Below, one piece after another: positions 12,110 to 28,020 of a stretch of DNA of 64,000 bases. How positions within the stretch are numbered: the stretch's first letter is position 1; each line of letters starts with the position of its first letter. Below the pieces are notes generated by a model. The model was not told where the DNA came from. It did no database searches and saw only the letters and a program-made list of their open reading frames with translations. Both the position numbers and the translations under genes were made by a program. This DNA comes from Dendrobates tinctorius (lineage: Eukaryota): positions 8,370,001 through 8,434,000 of the forward strand of contig NW_027361810.1 in assembly GCF_039654945.1 (NCBI RefSeq), written 5' to 3'.

Positions 12110-12140
12110 CTGCGGAGGAAGAAAGCGTAACAATAAACAT
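12110..12140 (-). promoter_or_regulatory. 3' splice acceptor of the CXCR copy 1 coding exon
   Basis: Minus strand reads TTTATTGTTACGCTTTCTTCCTCCGCAG|GCTCAGGTGACAAACATG. Confidence 0.7.
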
Positions 12141-12194
12141 AAACTCATCATATGGCTTCCTCCAAGCTAAAAGATTTTTAGAACAGAGTTGTAG

Positions 12195-15100
12195 CTACCA
12201 TAGCTACTATAATACTGCTCCTATGTGCAAGAATATAACTACTATAATACTGCCCCCTATGTACAAGAATATAACTACTATAATACTGCCCTCTATGTAC
12301 AAGAACATAACTACTATAACACTGCTCCTACGTACAAGAATATAGCTACTATAATACTGCCCCTATGTACAAGAATATAACTACTATAATACTGCCCTCT
12401 ATGTACAAGAATATAACTACTATAACACTGCTCCTACGTACAAGAATATAGCTACTATAATACTGCCCCTATGTAGAAGAATATAACTACTATAATACTG
12501 CTCCTATGTGCAAGAATATAACTACTATAATACTGCCTCCTATGCACAAGAATATAACTACTATAATACTGCCCTCTATGTACAAGAACATAACTACTAT
12601 AACACTGCTACTACGTACAAGAATATAGCTACTATAATACTGCCCCTATGTACAAGAATATAACTACTATAATACTGCCCCTATGTACAGGAATATAACT
12701 ACTATAATACTGCCCCCTATGTACAGGAATATAACTACTATAATACTGCCCCCTATGTACAAGAATATAGCTACTATAATACTGCCCCTATGTACAAGAA
12801 TTTATCTACTATAATACTGCTCCTATGTACAAGAATATAACTACTATAATACTGCCCCTATGTACAGGAATATAGCTACTATAACACTGCCCCTATGTAC
12901 AAGAATATAATTACTATAATACTGCCCCCTATGTACAAGCATATACTATAATACTGCTCCTATGTACAAGAATATAACTACTATAATACTGCTCCTATGT
13001 ACAAGAATATAACTACTATAATACTGCCCCTATGTACAAGAATATAACTACTATAATACTGCCCCCTATGTACAAGAATATAACTACTATAATACTGCCC
13101 ACTATGTACAAGCATATACTATAATACTGCTCCTATGTACAAGAATATAACTACTATAATACTGCTACTATGTACCAGAATATAACTACTATAATACTGT
13201 CCCTATGTACAAGAATATAACTACTATAATACTGTCCCTATGTACAAGAATATAACTACTATAATACTGTCCCTATGTACAAGAATATAACTACTATAAT
13301 ACTGCCCCCTATGTACAATAATATAACTGCTATAATACTGTCCCTATGTACAAGAATATAACTACTATAATACTGCCCCCTATGTACAAGAATATAACTA
13401 CTATAATACTGCCCCTATTTACAAGAATATAACAACTATAATACTGCTCCTATATACAAGAATATAACTACTATAATACTGTCCCTATGTACAAGAATAT
13501 AACTACTATAATACTGTCCCCATGTACAAGAATATAACTACTATAATACTGCCCCTATGTACAAGAATATAACTACTATAATACTGCCCCTATGTACAAG
13601 AATATAACTACTATAATACTGCCCCTATGTACAAGAATATAACTACTATAATACTGCGCCCTATGTACAGGAATATAACTACTATAATACTGCCCCCTAT
13701 GTACAGGAATATAACTACTATAATACTGCCCCCTATGTACAAGAATATAGCTACTATAATACTGCCCCTATGTACAAGAATTTATCTACTATAATACTGC
13801 TCCTATGTACAAGAATATAACTACTATAATACTGCCCCTATGTACAGGAATATAGCTACTATAACACTGCCCCTATGTACAAGAATATAATTACTATAAT
13901 ACTGCCCCCTATGTACAAGCATATACTATAATACTGCTCCAATGTATAAGAATATAACTACTATAATACTGCTCCTATGTACAAGAATATAACTACTATA
14001 ATACTGCCCCTATGTACAAGAATATAACTACTATAATACTGCCCCTATGTACAAGAATATAACTACTATAATACTGCCCCCTATGTACAAGAATATAACT
14101 ACTATAATACTGCCCCCTATGTACAAGCATATACTATAATACTGCTCCTATGTACAAGAATATAACTACTATAATACTGCTCCTATGTACCAGAATATAA
14201 CTACTATAATACTGTCCCTATGTACAAGAATATAACTACTATAATACTGTCCCTATGTACAAGAATATAACTACTACAATACTGTCACTATGTACAAGAA
14301 TATAACTACTAAAATACTGCCCCCTATGTACAATAATATAACTGCTATAATACTGTCCCTATGTACAAGAATATAACTACTATAATACTGCCCCCTATGT
14401 ACAATAATATAACTACTATAATACTGCCCCCTATGTACAAGAATATAACTACTATAATACTGTCCCTATTTACAAGAATATAACAACTATAATACTGCTC
14501 CTATATACAAGAATATAACTACTATAATACTGTCCCTATGTACGAGAATATAACTACTATAATACTGTCCCCATGTACAAGAATATAACTACTATAATAC
14601 TGCCTCTATGTACAAGAATATAACTACTATAATACTGCCCATATGTACAAGAATATAACTACTATAATACTGCCCCCTATGTACAAGCATATACTATAAT
14701 ACTGCTCCTATGTACAAGAATATAACTACTATAATACTGCCCCTATATACAAGAATATAACTACTATAATACTGCCCATATGTACAAGAATATAACTACT
14801 ATAATACTGCCCCCTATGTACAAGCATATACTATAATACTGCTCCTATGTACAAGAATATAACTACTATAATACTGCTCCTATGTACCAGAATATAACTA
14901 CTATAATACTGTCCCTATGTACAAGAATATAACTACTATAATACTGCCCCCTATGTACAAGCATATACTATAATACTGCTCCTATGTACAAGAATATAAC
15001 TACTATAATGCTGCCCCTATGTACAAGAATATAACTACTATAATACTGCCCATATGTACAAGAATATAACTACTATAATACTGCCCCCTATGTACAAGTA

Positions 15101-18100
15101 TATACTATAATACTGCTCCTATGTACAAGAATATAACTACTATAATACTGCTCCTATGTACCAGAATATAACTACTATAATACTGTCCCTATGTACAAGA
15201 ATATAACTACTATAATACTGTCCCTATGTACAAGAATATAACTACTATAATACTGCCCCCTATGTACAATAATATAACTACTATAATACTGCCCCCTATG
15301 TACAAGAATATAACTACTATAATACTGCCCCTATTTACAAGAATATAACAACTATAATACTGCTCCTATATACAAGAATATAAATACTATAATACTGTCC
15401 CTATGTACAAGAATATAACTACTATAATACTGCCCCCTATGTACAAGCATATACTATAATACTGCTCCTATGTACAAGAATATAACTACTATAATACTGC
15501 CCCTATATACAAGAATATAACTACTATAATACTGCCCCTATGTACAAGAATATAACTACTATAATACTGCCCCCTATGTACAAGCATATACTATAATACT
15601 GCTCCTATGTACAAGAATATAACTACTATAATACTGCCCCTATATACAAGAATATAACTACTATAATACTGCCCCTATGTACAAGAATATAACTACTATA
15701 ATACTGCTCCTATGTACAAGAATATAACTACTATAATACTGCTCCTATGTACCAGAATATAACTACTATAATACTGCTCCTATATACAAGAATATAACTA
15801 CTATAATACTGTCCCTATGTACAAGAATATAACTACAATAATACTGCCCCCTATGTACAAGCATATACTATAATACTGCTCCTATGTACAAGAATATAAC
15901 TACTATAATACTGCCCCTATGTACAAGAATATAACTACTATAATACTGCCCATATGTACAAGAATATAACTACTATAATACTGCCCCCTATGTACAAGCA
16001 TATACTATAATACTGCTCCTATGTACAAGAATATAACTACTATAATACTGCTCCTATGTACCAGAATATAACTACTATAATACTGTCCCTATGTACAAGA
16101 ATATAACTACTATAATACTGTCCCTATGTACAAGAATATAACTACTATAATACTGTCTCTATGTACAAGAATATAACTCCTATAATACTGCCCCCTATGT
16201 ACAATAATATAACTACTATAATACTGCCCCTATGTACAAGAATATAACTACTATAATACTGCCCCCTATGTACAATAATATAACTGCTATAATACTGCCC
16301 CCTATGTACAAGAATATAACTACTGTAATGCTGCCCCTATGTACAAGAATATAACTACTATAATACTGCCCCTATGTACAAGAATATAACTACTATAATA
16401 CTGCCCCTATGTACAAGAATATAACTACTATAATACTGCCCCTATATACAAGAATATAACTACTATAATACTGCCCCCTATGTACAAGAATATAGCTACT
16501 ATAATACTCCCCCTATATACAAGAATATGACTTCTATAATACTGCTCCTGTGTACAAGAATATAACTACTATAATACTGCTCCTATGTACAAGAATATAA
16601 CTACTATAATACTGCTCCTATGTACAAGAATATAACTACTATAATACTGCTCCTATGTACAAGAATATAACTACTATAATACTGCTCCTATGTACAAGAA
16701 TATAACTACTATAATTCTGCTCCCTATGTACAAGAATATAACTACTATAATACTGCTCCTATGTACAAGAATATAACTACTATAATACTGCTCCTATGTA
16801 CAAGAATATAACTACTATAATACTGCCCCCTATATGCAAGAATATGACTTCTATAATACTGCTCCTGTGTACAAGAATATAACTACTATAATACCGCTCC
16901 TATGTACAAGAATATAAGTACTATAATACTGCTCCTATGTACAAGAATATAACTACTATAATACTGCCCCCTATGTACAAGAATATAACTACTATAATAC
17001 TGCCCTTATGTACAAAAATATAACTACTATAATACTGCCCCCTATGTACAAGAATATTACTACTATAATACTGCCCCCTATGTACAAGAATATAACTACT
17101 ATAATACTGCCCTTATGTACAAGAATATAACTACTATAATACTGCCCCCTATGTACAAGAATATAACTACTATAATACTGCTCCTATCTACAAGAATATA
17201 ACTACTATAATACTGCCCCCTATGTACAAGAATATAAGTACTATAATACTGCCCCCTATGTACAAGAATATAACTACTATAATACTGCCCTTATGTACAA
17301 AAATATAACTACTATAATTCTGCCCCCTATGTACAAGAATATAACTACTATAATACTGCCCTCTATGTACAAGAATATAACTACTATAATGCTGCTCCTA
17401 TCTACAAGAATATAACTACTATAATACTGCCCCCTATGTACAAGAATATAAGTACTATAATAATGCCCCCTATGTACAAGAATATAACTACTATAATACT
17501 GCCCTTATGTACAAGAATATAACTACTATAATACTGCCCCCTATGTACAAGAATATAACTACTATAATACTGCCCCCTATGTACAAGAATATAACTACTA
17601 TAATACTGCCCTTATGTACAAGAATATAACTACTATAATACTGCCCCCTATGTACAAGAATATAACTACTATAATACTGCCCTTATGTACAAGAATATAA
17701 CCACTATAATACTGCCCCCTATGTACAAGAATATAACTACTATAATACTGCCCTTATGTACAAGAATATAACTACTATAATACTGCCCCCTATGTACAAG
17801 AATATAACTACTATAATACTGCCCCCTATGTACAAGAATATAAATACTGTAATACTGCTCCCTATGTACAAGAATATAACTACTATAATACTGCCCCCTA
17901 TGTACAAGAATATAACTACTATAATACTGCTCCCTATGTACAAGAATATATCTACTATAATACTGCCCCCTATGTACAAGAATATAACTACTATAATACT
18001 GCCCTTATGTACAAGAATATAACTACTATAATAGTGCCCCCTATGTACAAGAATATAACTACTATAATTCTGCCCTTATGTACAAGAATATAATTACTAT

Positions 18101-20547
18101 AATACTGCCCCCTATGTACAAGAATATAACTACTATAATACTGCCCCCTATGTACAAGAATATAACTACTATAATACTGCCCCCTATGTACAAGAATATA
18201 ACTACTATAATACTGCTCCCTATGTACAAGAATATAACTACTATTATACTGCCCCCTATGTACAAGAATATAACTACTATAATACTGCTCCTATGTACAA
18301 GAATATAACTACTATAATACTGCCCCCTATGTACAAGAATATAACTACTATAATACTGCCCCCTATGTACAAGAATATAACTACTATAATACTGCTCCCT
18401 ATGTACAAGAATATAACTACTATAATACTGCTCCCTATGTACAAGAATATAACTACTATAATACTGCTCCCTATGTACAAGAATATAACTACTATAATAC
18501 TGCCTCTATGTACAAGAATATAACTACTATAATACTGCCCCCTATGTACAAGAATATAACTACTATAATACTGCTCCTGTGTATAAGAATATAACTACTA
18601 TAATACTGCCTCTATGTACAAGAATATAACTACTATAATACTGCCCCCTATGTACAAGAATATAACTACTATAATACTGCTCCCTATGTACAAGAATATA
18701 ACTACTATAATACTGCTCCCTATGTACAAGAATATAACTACTATAATACTGCTCCCTATGTACAAGAATATAACTACTATAATACTGCCTCTATGTACAA
18801 GAATATAACTACTATAATACTGCCCCCTATGTACAAGAATATAACTACTATAATACTGCTCCTGTGTATAAGAATATAACTACTATAATACTGCCTCTAT
18901 GTACAAGAATATAACTACTATAATACTGCCCCCTATGTACAAGAATATAACTACTATAATACTGCCCCCTATGTACAAGAATATAACTACTATAATACTG
19001 CCCCCTATGTACAAGAATATAACTACTATAATACTGCTCCTGTGTATAAGAATATAACTACTATAATACTGCCTCTATGTACAAGAATATAGCTACTATA
19101 ATACTGCCTCTATGTACAAGAATATAACTACTATAATACTGCCCCCTATGTACAAGAATATAACTACTATAATACTGCTCCTGTGTATAAGAATATAACT
19201 ACTATAATACTGCTCCTATGTACAAGAATATAGCTACTATAATACTGCCTCTATGTACAAGAATATAACTACTATAATACTGCCCCCTATGTACAAGAAT
19301 ATAACTACTATAATACTGCTCCTGTGTATAAGAATATAACTACTATAATACTGCCTCTATGTACAAGAATATAGCTACTATAATACTGCCTCTATGTACA
19401 AGAATATAACTACTATAATACTGCCCCCTATGTACAAGAATATAACTACTATAATACTGCTCCTGTGTATAAGAATATAACTACTATAATACTGCTCCTG
19501 TGTATAAGAATATAACTACTATAATACTGCCTCTATGTACAAGAATATAACTACTATAATACTGCCCCCTATGTACAAGAATATAACTACTATAATACTG
19601 CCCCCTATGTACAAGAATATAACTACTATAATACTGCCCCCTATGTACAAGAATATAACTACTATAATACTGCTCCTGTGTATAAGAATATAACTACTAT
19701 AATACTGCCTCTATGTACAAGAATATAGCTACTATAATACTGCCTCTATGTACAAGAATATAACTACTATAATACTGCCCCCTATGTACAAGAATATAAC
19801 TACTATAATACTGCTCCTGTGTATAAGAATATAACTACTATAATACTGCTCCTATGTACAAGAATATAACTACTATAATACTGCCTCTATGTACAAGAAT
19901 ATAACTACTATAATACTGCCCCCTATGTACAAGAATATAACTACTATAATACTGCCCCCTATGTACAAGAATATAACTACTATAATACTGCCCCCTATGT
20001 ACAAGAATATAACTACTATAATACTGCTCCTGTGTATAAGAATATAACTACTATAATACTGCCTCTATGTACAAGAATATAGCTACTATAATACTGCCTC
20101 TATGTACAAGAATATAACTACTATAATACTGCCCCCTATGTACAAGAATATAACTACTATAATACTGCTCCTGTGTATAAGAATATAACTACTATAATAC
20201 TGCTCCTATGTACAAGAATATAACTACTATAATACTGCCTCTATGTACAAGAATATAGCTACTATAATACTGCCTCTATGTACAAGAATATAACTACTAT
20301 AATACTGCCCCCTATGTACAAGAATATAACTACTATAATACTGCTCCTGTGTATAAGAATATAACTACTATAATACTGCTCCTATATACAAGAATATAAC
20401 TACTATAATACTGCCTCTATGTACAAGAATATAACTACTATAATACTGCTCCTATGTACAAGAATATAACTACTATAATACTGCCTCTATGTACAAGAAT
20501 ATAACTACTATAATACTGCCCCTATGCACAAGAATATAACTACTATG
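12195..20547. repeat. 8.3-kb tandem array of a 35/36-bp unit (roughly 235 copies)
   Basis: Unit CTACTATAATACTGCCCCCTATGTACAAGAATATAA with C-run and point variants. Gives spurious MYKNITTIILPP ORFs. Confidence 0.97.
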
Positions 20548-22457
20548 GTAATAACAATTTTCTATTGAATATAATATGTCATCTAGTTTTTGTTACTGGC
20601 TACAACATTTTACTGAAACTTTTATTTTTTTATTCTATTTTTATTTTCTGATTTTAGATTTATTGTATGTTTTGTACATGTTAATAGAGCTATCTCGCAT
20701 CCATAATTAACAGCAATTAAGAACTTTGTTTTACAGCAGCCACATGGAAAATATGTTTAGTCATCTAATGACTCAGAAGTGTATGGGAGAGTTTAGTGTA
20801 CATGCTCTGTGATCTGTGCAGAGGTCCTAGTGCAGGGAGAAGAGGGAGAAGAACCGTGATCTCATCTATTGTGAATGGTGAGTCCTATGTTATCACTATA
20901 TATACTATAGAAACTACCGATCATTATAACTTTGCCTGTGTAATGGAAGAAATCACCACCCTAAATGTTTATAATGTTTAACATAAAACTTATTTTAAAT
21001 AACTTATTTTCTGATTAAAAAAAAACATTGCATTTAATTTAAAAAATAACTGTGCGATTGTTTAAAGTGTTTTTTTTTCTTTTTCAAGCTTTTTATTGCA
21101 ACATAGATAACGTACATGGAATTTGTATATAAAATGTTCCACATACAAATTTGTAATATACATGCACACCTCAACATTGAAATTTCAATACCAGAAAGAA
21201 AATTATGGAAATCAAAGGACTGATAGACATGTTAATGATATAGAAATAGTGAAAAAATGGAAAAAAAATTACATACAGCATAATCACCATACAGCCATGC
21301 AATATTCTATTCTGGAGTCTGACATCTAAAAAATGTAGGACACTGATACATAAATATTCGATGACATTTTGTTTCTTTGTCATGAAGCAGACCTGTCATT
21401 TCAGAATGAGCTGTAATGTATATATGGAATAACACGATTTCTGACCAAGTTTCTTCCCTGCATGTTCTGTATTTGATTTTCAGTTGACTCTGAGCTACCG
21501 GGTTAAGAGAAGTTGTCATGATGTTTCCGATACACAGCAAATACAGACAAGAGGGATTCCTGCTCTCCTGTCTCTGTGTATCACATACTTTGGAGCAGAA
21601 GGAGCATGGAAGACATTATAGAGCAGCAGTGTAGCTGTAAATCTAGAATTTGTATGAGATAAAACAATGACTATTAAGCTGGAAACCATCTTACAGTAGA
21701 TTGCTGAGCAATGTAGCTGCAAATCTAAAATTGGGGTGAGACACGACACTTACTAGAAAACATCAGCAGTGATTATTTCTATGTGTGTTTGGTTTCCTAA
21801 CTTTCCTCTCTCCATAGACTTCAATACACAACAGCAATCTGAACCCTCTGTGAGCTGGCGGCCCATCTTGCTTTGACCAAGTTAATGATGCATACTGGAG
21901 TCAGATGGAGAAGAAGAAATGGTTAATAACTGGAAAAATGAAGCATAGTTCTCAGGTAAGATATATTACGATATTTCTTTATATTCCCTTGTTCTATCTA
22001 TTTATGCAAAATTTTGTTTAAACCTCATTTAGTACTCAGCATAGAGCTCCTCTTCATGTACTTTCCTCCCTATCAATATCATGTTTTCTCTTCCCTCCCT
22101 GAGATATGGATGCTTTCCCCACTCTCCACACTCTCATCTGTTGTGTATAGCCCTCTTGTGGCCTCTATAACTCTAAGAAAAGGAAAGGGGAGAGGAGAAA
22201 GCGCTTTAAAATAGGAACAGAGCTGTGTCAGATTTTGCAGAGCGACTATGTGGGTGAAGGACGTACACGCTCTCTGCAGTTGCAAAAATGTAAGGAAATT
22301 TTTAACGAAGATTATTTAGTACGTTGCCTTTAGGAAACAAATTAACAATAAAAGAAAATCAATGCAGAGATGTACAAAGCATTGAAGTTCAAACTTTGGT
22401 GTGTGTTTTTCATCTCAAAAGCGAGGACTGGATGTAGATCCTCAAGCACATCGAGGA

Positions 22458-23507
22458 CTAGATTCTCGTAGATTTATGTGCCGATGAAGACATGACGGAG
22501 AGACTTCGCCCGTAGCTGGAAAGCCTGTCCTTGCTGATAATTCCCTTGTTGGCAAGGATAGTCAAGAAACTGTGCCGAAATTTGTGTCCAATGAATGCAT
22601 AGAGGATTGGGTTAATGCAGCTGTGAGTGTAGCCCAAAACTTCGGTGATGTGCAAGGCCGTGTCCAGCTGATCTCTTCGTGAGCACGTGTCATTGACATG
22701 TCCTCTCCTCATGAGAGAGTCCACCATGACGGTGATATTGTAAGGAAGCCAGCAAATCAAGAAAACCAAAAACACGGCGAGGATGACCTTCATAGCTCGG
22801 TGCTTCTGGCTGTTTTTGGTCCTAATAAGAGTCTTAATGACGAAGCCGTAACAGAAGAGCATAATGAGCAACGGTATAAAGAACCCCATCACGTGGCGTC
22901 CAATCCTGATATTAATCATCCAGTCTGATGTTTCAGGACCCAGGTTCTCATGACAAACAATTACTCGCTTATCTGCGGGAAACACCTTTCTAAACCAAAT
23001 GGTTGGAATAGAAATACCAACTGAGATGATCCAGATGGTGATGATACTAAACGTCACCCCATACTTCTTGTTTGTGAAGAATTCGGTGGCATGGACTATT
23101 GCCAGGTACCGGTCTACGCTGATACAAGCTAGCAAGAAGATTCCACTGTAGAAGTTGACTTCTTGGAGTACGGAGATGATTTTGCACATGACGGTGCCAA
23201 ACACCCACTCTTTGACTCTGTACGTGGCCCAGAAGGGTAACGTTAAAGAAAAAAGGAGGTCGGCGACTGCCAAATTCAGCAGGTAGATGTCTGTGGACGA
23301 CTTCTTCGTTTTGTTGTAACAGATGACAAGAATCACCAGGCTGTTGCCGATGACATTCAGTAAGAACACAGTGGAATAAACAATAAAAACTGCGTATTTG
23401 TTGACTGGCGATGAAAAGGAGCATGGGATGGTGTCCGAAGATGGAATGTAGGGGTAGTCATCTGTGGAAGTGTCAAAATATCCAGAGATGTCAAAGTTTG
23501 CATTCAT
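22458..23507 (-). CDS. cxcr2: C-X-C chemokine receptor 1/2-like, copy 2, 349 aa from MNANF
   Basis: Same motifs as copy 1, about 98% nucleotide identity by eye, identical splice acceptor near 23523. Confidence 0.9.
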   Translation of the reverse strand: MNANFDISGYFDTSTDDYPYIPSSDTIPCSFSSPVNKYAVFIVYSTVFLLNVIGNSLVILVICYNKTKKSSTDIYLLNLAVADLLFSLTLPFWATYRVKEWVFGTVMCKIISVLQEVNFYSGIFLLACISVDRYLAIVHATEFFTNKKYGVTFSIITIWIISVGISIPTIWFRKVFPADKRVIVCHENLGPETSDWMINIRIGRHVMGFFIPLLIMLFCYGFVIKTLIRTKNSQKHRAMKVILAVFLVFLICWLPYNITVMVDSLMRRGHVNDTCSRRDQLDTALHITEVLGYTHSCINPILYAFIGHKFRHSFLTILANKGIISKDRLSSYGRSLSVMSSSAHKSTRI

Positions 23508-24341
23508 GTTTGTCACCTGAGCCTGCGGAGGAAGAAAGCGTAACAATAAACATAAACTCATCATATGGCTTCCTCCAAGCTAAAAGATTTTTAGAAGAGA
23601 GTCAGGCAGGGTGTGAGAACTTATAGGCTCCGATGCTGTAGACTACCTTCAGGGATCATATCGTCTAAGGGTAAGAAGCAGAACTCAAGAAGTAACGAGT
23701 CATGGAAGAAAAGTAACAAGCGTCGGATTTTGCAGAACAGCTGTTTCACCACCAAAATTACATTGTCATTTGTAATGTCCACACATCTCTTTGTGGGTGA
23801 CTTATCTGCTCCCCTACAAGATCAAATAAAAACTTGTTAAGCAATCACCAAATTGACCCTGTGATTTTCGGCCTCGTTGTGGCTGCACCACGACCTGGCC
23901 TCTCCGTCTTGCCTTACTCTTATCCTCAAATCCTAAAATCCAACTGATCAGAAAGATATCTAACCGGAGATCACTTGTCTGAGCTCATAACTTACATCTA
24001 ACGGTTTTAGATTTTGTTAGGCTATGTTCACACAAGTGATTTCAATTCTCTCCAAAATCCTACTCAAGAAACGGCTTAACTACTTCTAGGAAAACTTTTC
24101 CAATTCATTTATATGGGAAATACACTTTGCTTATCATATGAGGAGTTTTTTGTTTAGCTTTTTTTTTTTCTAGAAAAGGTTTTGAAAAACATCTGGAGGA
24201 AAGAAAGAAAGTGCCTGTTACTTCTATGAAGCAGATTAAAGCACAAAATTCCCAATGCATACTTTCGACAGCTAGATCTCATCACCAGTCCAAAAGAAGA
24301 AAAAAAGGTACCAGCTCAGAGATATTCAGTGCCAGAAGAGA

Positions 24342-24369
24342 AAGAAAGAGCCAATGGTATCCTGAGAGT

Positions 24370-24402
<33 letters not shown>

Positions 24403-24810
24403 CCACTTGAGAAAGCGGCTCTGCGCAGTCGCGAAACGCGCGTCGGGGAGCTTCACACCCTCCACCTGGTGCCTGTTGCCTCACCCTGGTAAGCCTGACA
24501 TTTTTGCTTCACTCCTTACTGAGCTTCTGATTTATTTGACAATGTTACATGCTCGGTCTGGTCAGCGTCACCCTTGCTGTTATTCACCTGTTGTAATATC
24601 CATCGCTCTGGCTTACTTTGATCTTGATATTCATATGACATGTCTTTGATTTTCTTAAGAAGCAACTGGGCACTTCAGGGATAGTTTTCCTCTCTGCATT
24701 TTCTCACTGGTATTGGTGTACTGATATTTAGATATATGCTATCATTATTAATCATTTAAAAATAAATATTGATTTTTATTATAACTCTCAGGATACCATT
24801 GGCTCTTTCT
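24342..24810 (+). mobile_element. Penelope-like element pseudo-LTR (pLTR) remnant with inverted tail
   Basis: AGAAAGAGCCAATGGTATCCTGAGAGTTATAATA at the left is the exact reverse complement of 24777-24810. The interior has (AAT)n, a hammerhead-like motif and AATAAA near the 3' end. Confidence 0.65.
24402..24449 (+). ncRNA. Minimal type I hammerhead ribozyme-like motif (U3-A8 variant)
   Basis: TCCAC-TTGAGAA-A-GCGGCT(ctgcgc)AGTCGC-GAAA-CGCGCG-TC-GGGGA. Confidence 0.6.
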
Positions 24811-25736
24811 ATCAAGCAGATCCTGACGGAAACCTCTCCAAACTGAACACCGTCCAATCAGAAGGCAGCATAGAACCCATCAGGATAAAAACCTCCAAAA
24901 GTCTTCTAAACGTCTTCAGGTGACGAATTATCCGACTAAAAACTCTACGTGACAACTCCCCAAAGAAGAAGTGTTTCCTGAAATGGCTTCCACTCGAAAA
25001 CTCACTTTTTAACACCTCAAATAACTCCGTGTGAACATGGCCTTATTATTAATGTAACGATCATTGACCGGGGAGCCTAAGACTCAATATTTCCACAAAT
25101 ATTTGTGTGCAGGAAATCTGTGGTGTAAGACAGTAACAACTAATAAGGTGAGATTTCAACAGTGAACTTCTGCGGGGCCTAGAAGAGCTCGATCTGTCAG
25201 ATTTTGGGCGTGCACGGTCAACTGCTGCAAGCCCAAAAAGTCACGACGATAAGCACAAAAGTAGGGAGCATGTAAGAAGGAAGCAGAGGGGCTCGGCAGA
25301 CAGGTAAGTCAAGCCTCTATGGACATAATATGTGCTGGCTGGGCTGCTCCGCACTAATGCACGCCTCTTGGACTCATCCAGCTAATTATAATATGTTGCG
25401 CCGCAATATAAAGTGATAATTTTACGATTATACTGGGAACCTTGTTTAACTATTGAGGTGCTGAAAGTTAAATGTTAAACACAGCTGTCATGTTTCCTTT
25501 ATATCCATAGCATGTGAAATTTTAGTGATACCTTTGTAATGGAGATTATGAAATCTGCAACAAAATCTGCAGCTAAAGCAAGATGTAACACACAGGGATT
25601 TTGCTGCAAGAAGAATCTGCAATGAATATGCGGCCAGAGAACTAATCCTCTCAGCTCCATAAAATTGTGAGATACAGGGTTTCCCTTGCTGAGCGGCTAT
25701 AAAAGGAGGCTTGTCACATTAGACATAGGAGGCATA

Positions 25737-27375
<1,639 letters not shown>

Positions 27376-28020
27376 TACATAAGCACAAAGTATTGTTGGG
27401 CTCCTGCAACTCCTGATTACTCCACTGTTTTATTAGATGGTTATATGGTTAGATTTTTATAGTCAAAAGGTGACATTGAGGTCTTCAAAAACTGGTGAAA
27501 GATGACATCACACGCGTAATCACACGATTCGTATACATCGGATGAGTGATATCCGATATTTTGTAGGATAGGACTCAGACCCATGTTATTCTATGGGGCA
27601 GGGCTGATCAGCGGTTTTTTTTCATACCGATTCAGCATGAGAAAAAAATTGTGATATGCTGTGAGCTGCTGCGCAAATCTGATGGCGCGCATCCAATCAA
27701 ATCTATGTGTGCATGGAAAGCATCAGACTGTGCTTGGATGACATCGGACTCACACAATGAAGAAGATGGAGCAATCTTGTTCTCCATCTTCTCCACATCT
27801 GTGCTTTGATTCCCTCCTCCGAGAGAATCGGATCACACTAAGCGGACACTCGTATCAGAATTTGATGGGGGTGTCATTACCACAATCAACTCTACTATTT
27901 CTGAGAGAACCTACGCTCGTGTGAGCGAGCCCAACCAGTGGTGGTTGAGACCACAGGGTTCCTGTGCTATTAGTACTGGAAATGCAGAAATACACTTACT
28001 CAGTGTCACCATTCTCTTAA

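Larger units (their letters stand above)
24020..25042. mobile_element. Harbinger/Tourist-type MITE with a nested Penelope-like fragment
   Basis: TTA-GGCTATGTTCACAC ... GTGTGAACATGGCC-TTA. Confidence 0.75.

Noticed and set aside
12095-12151. N-terminal extension MMSLCLLLRFLPPQ on both CXCR ORFs
   Set aside because: It coincides with the polypyrimidine tract and CAG acceptor, so it is probably intronic.
17740-18808. MYKNITTIILPP and MYIGGSIIVVIF ORFs
   Set aside because: Translations of runs of 36-bp monomers; the frame breaks at every 35-bp unit.
25696-25706. TATAAAA as a CXCR promoter
   Set aside because: It is on the plus strand, opposite to the genes.
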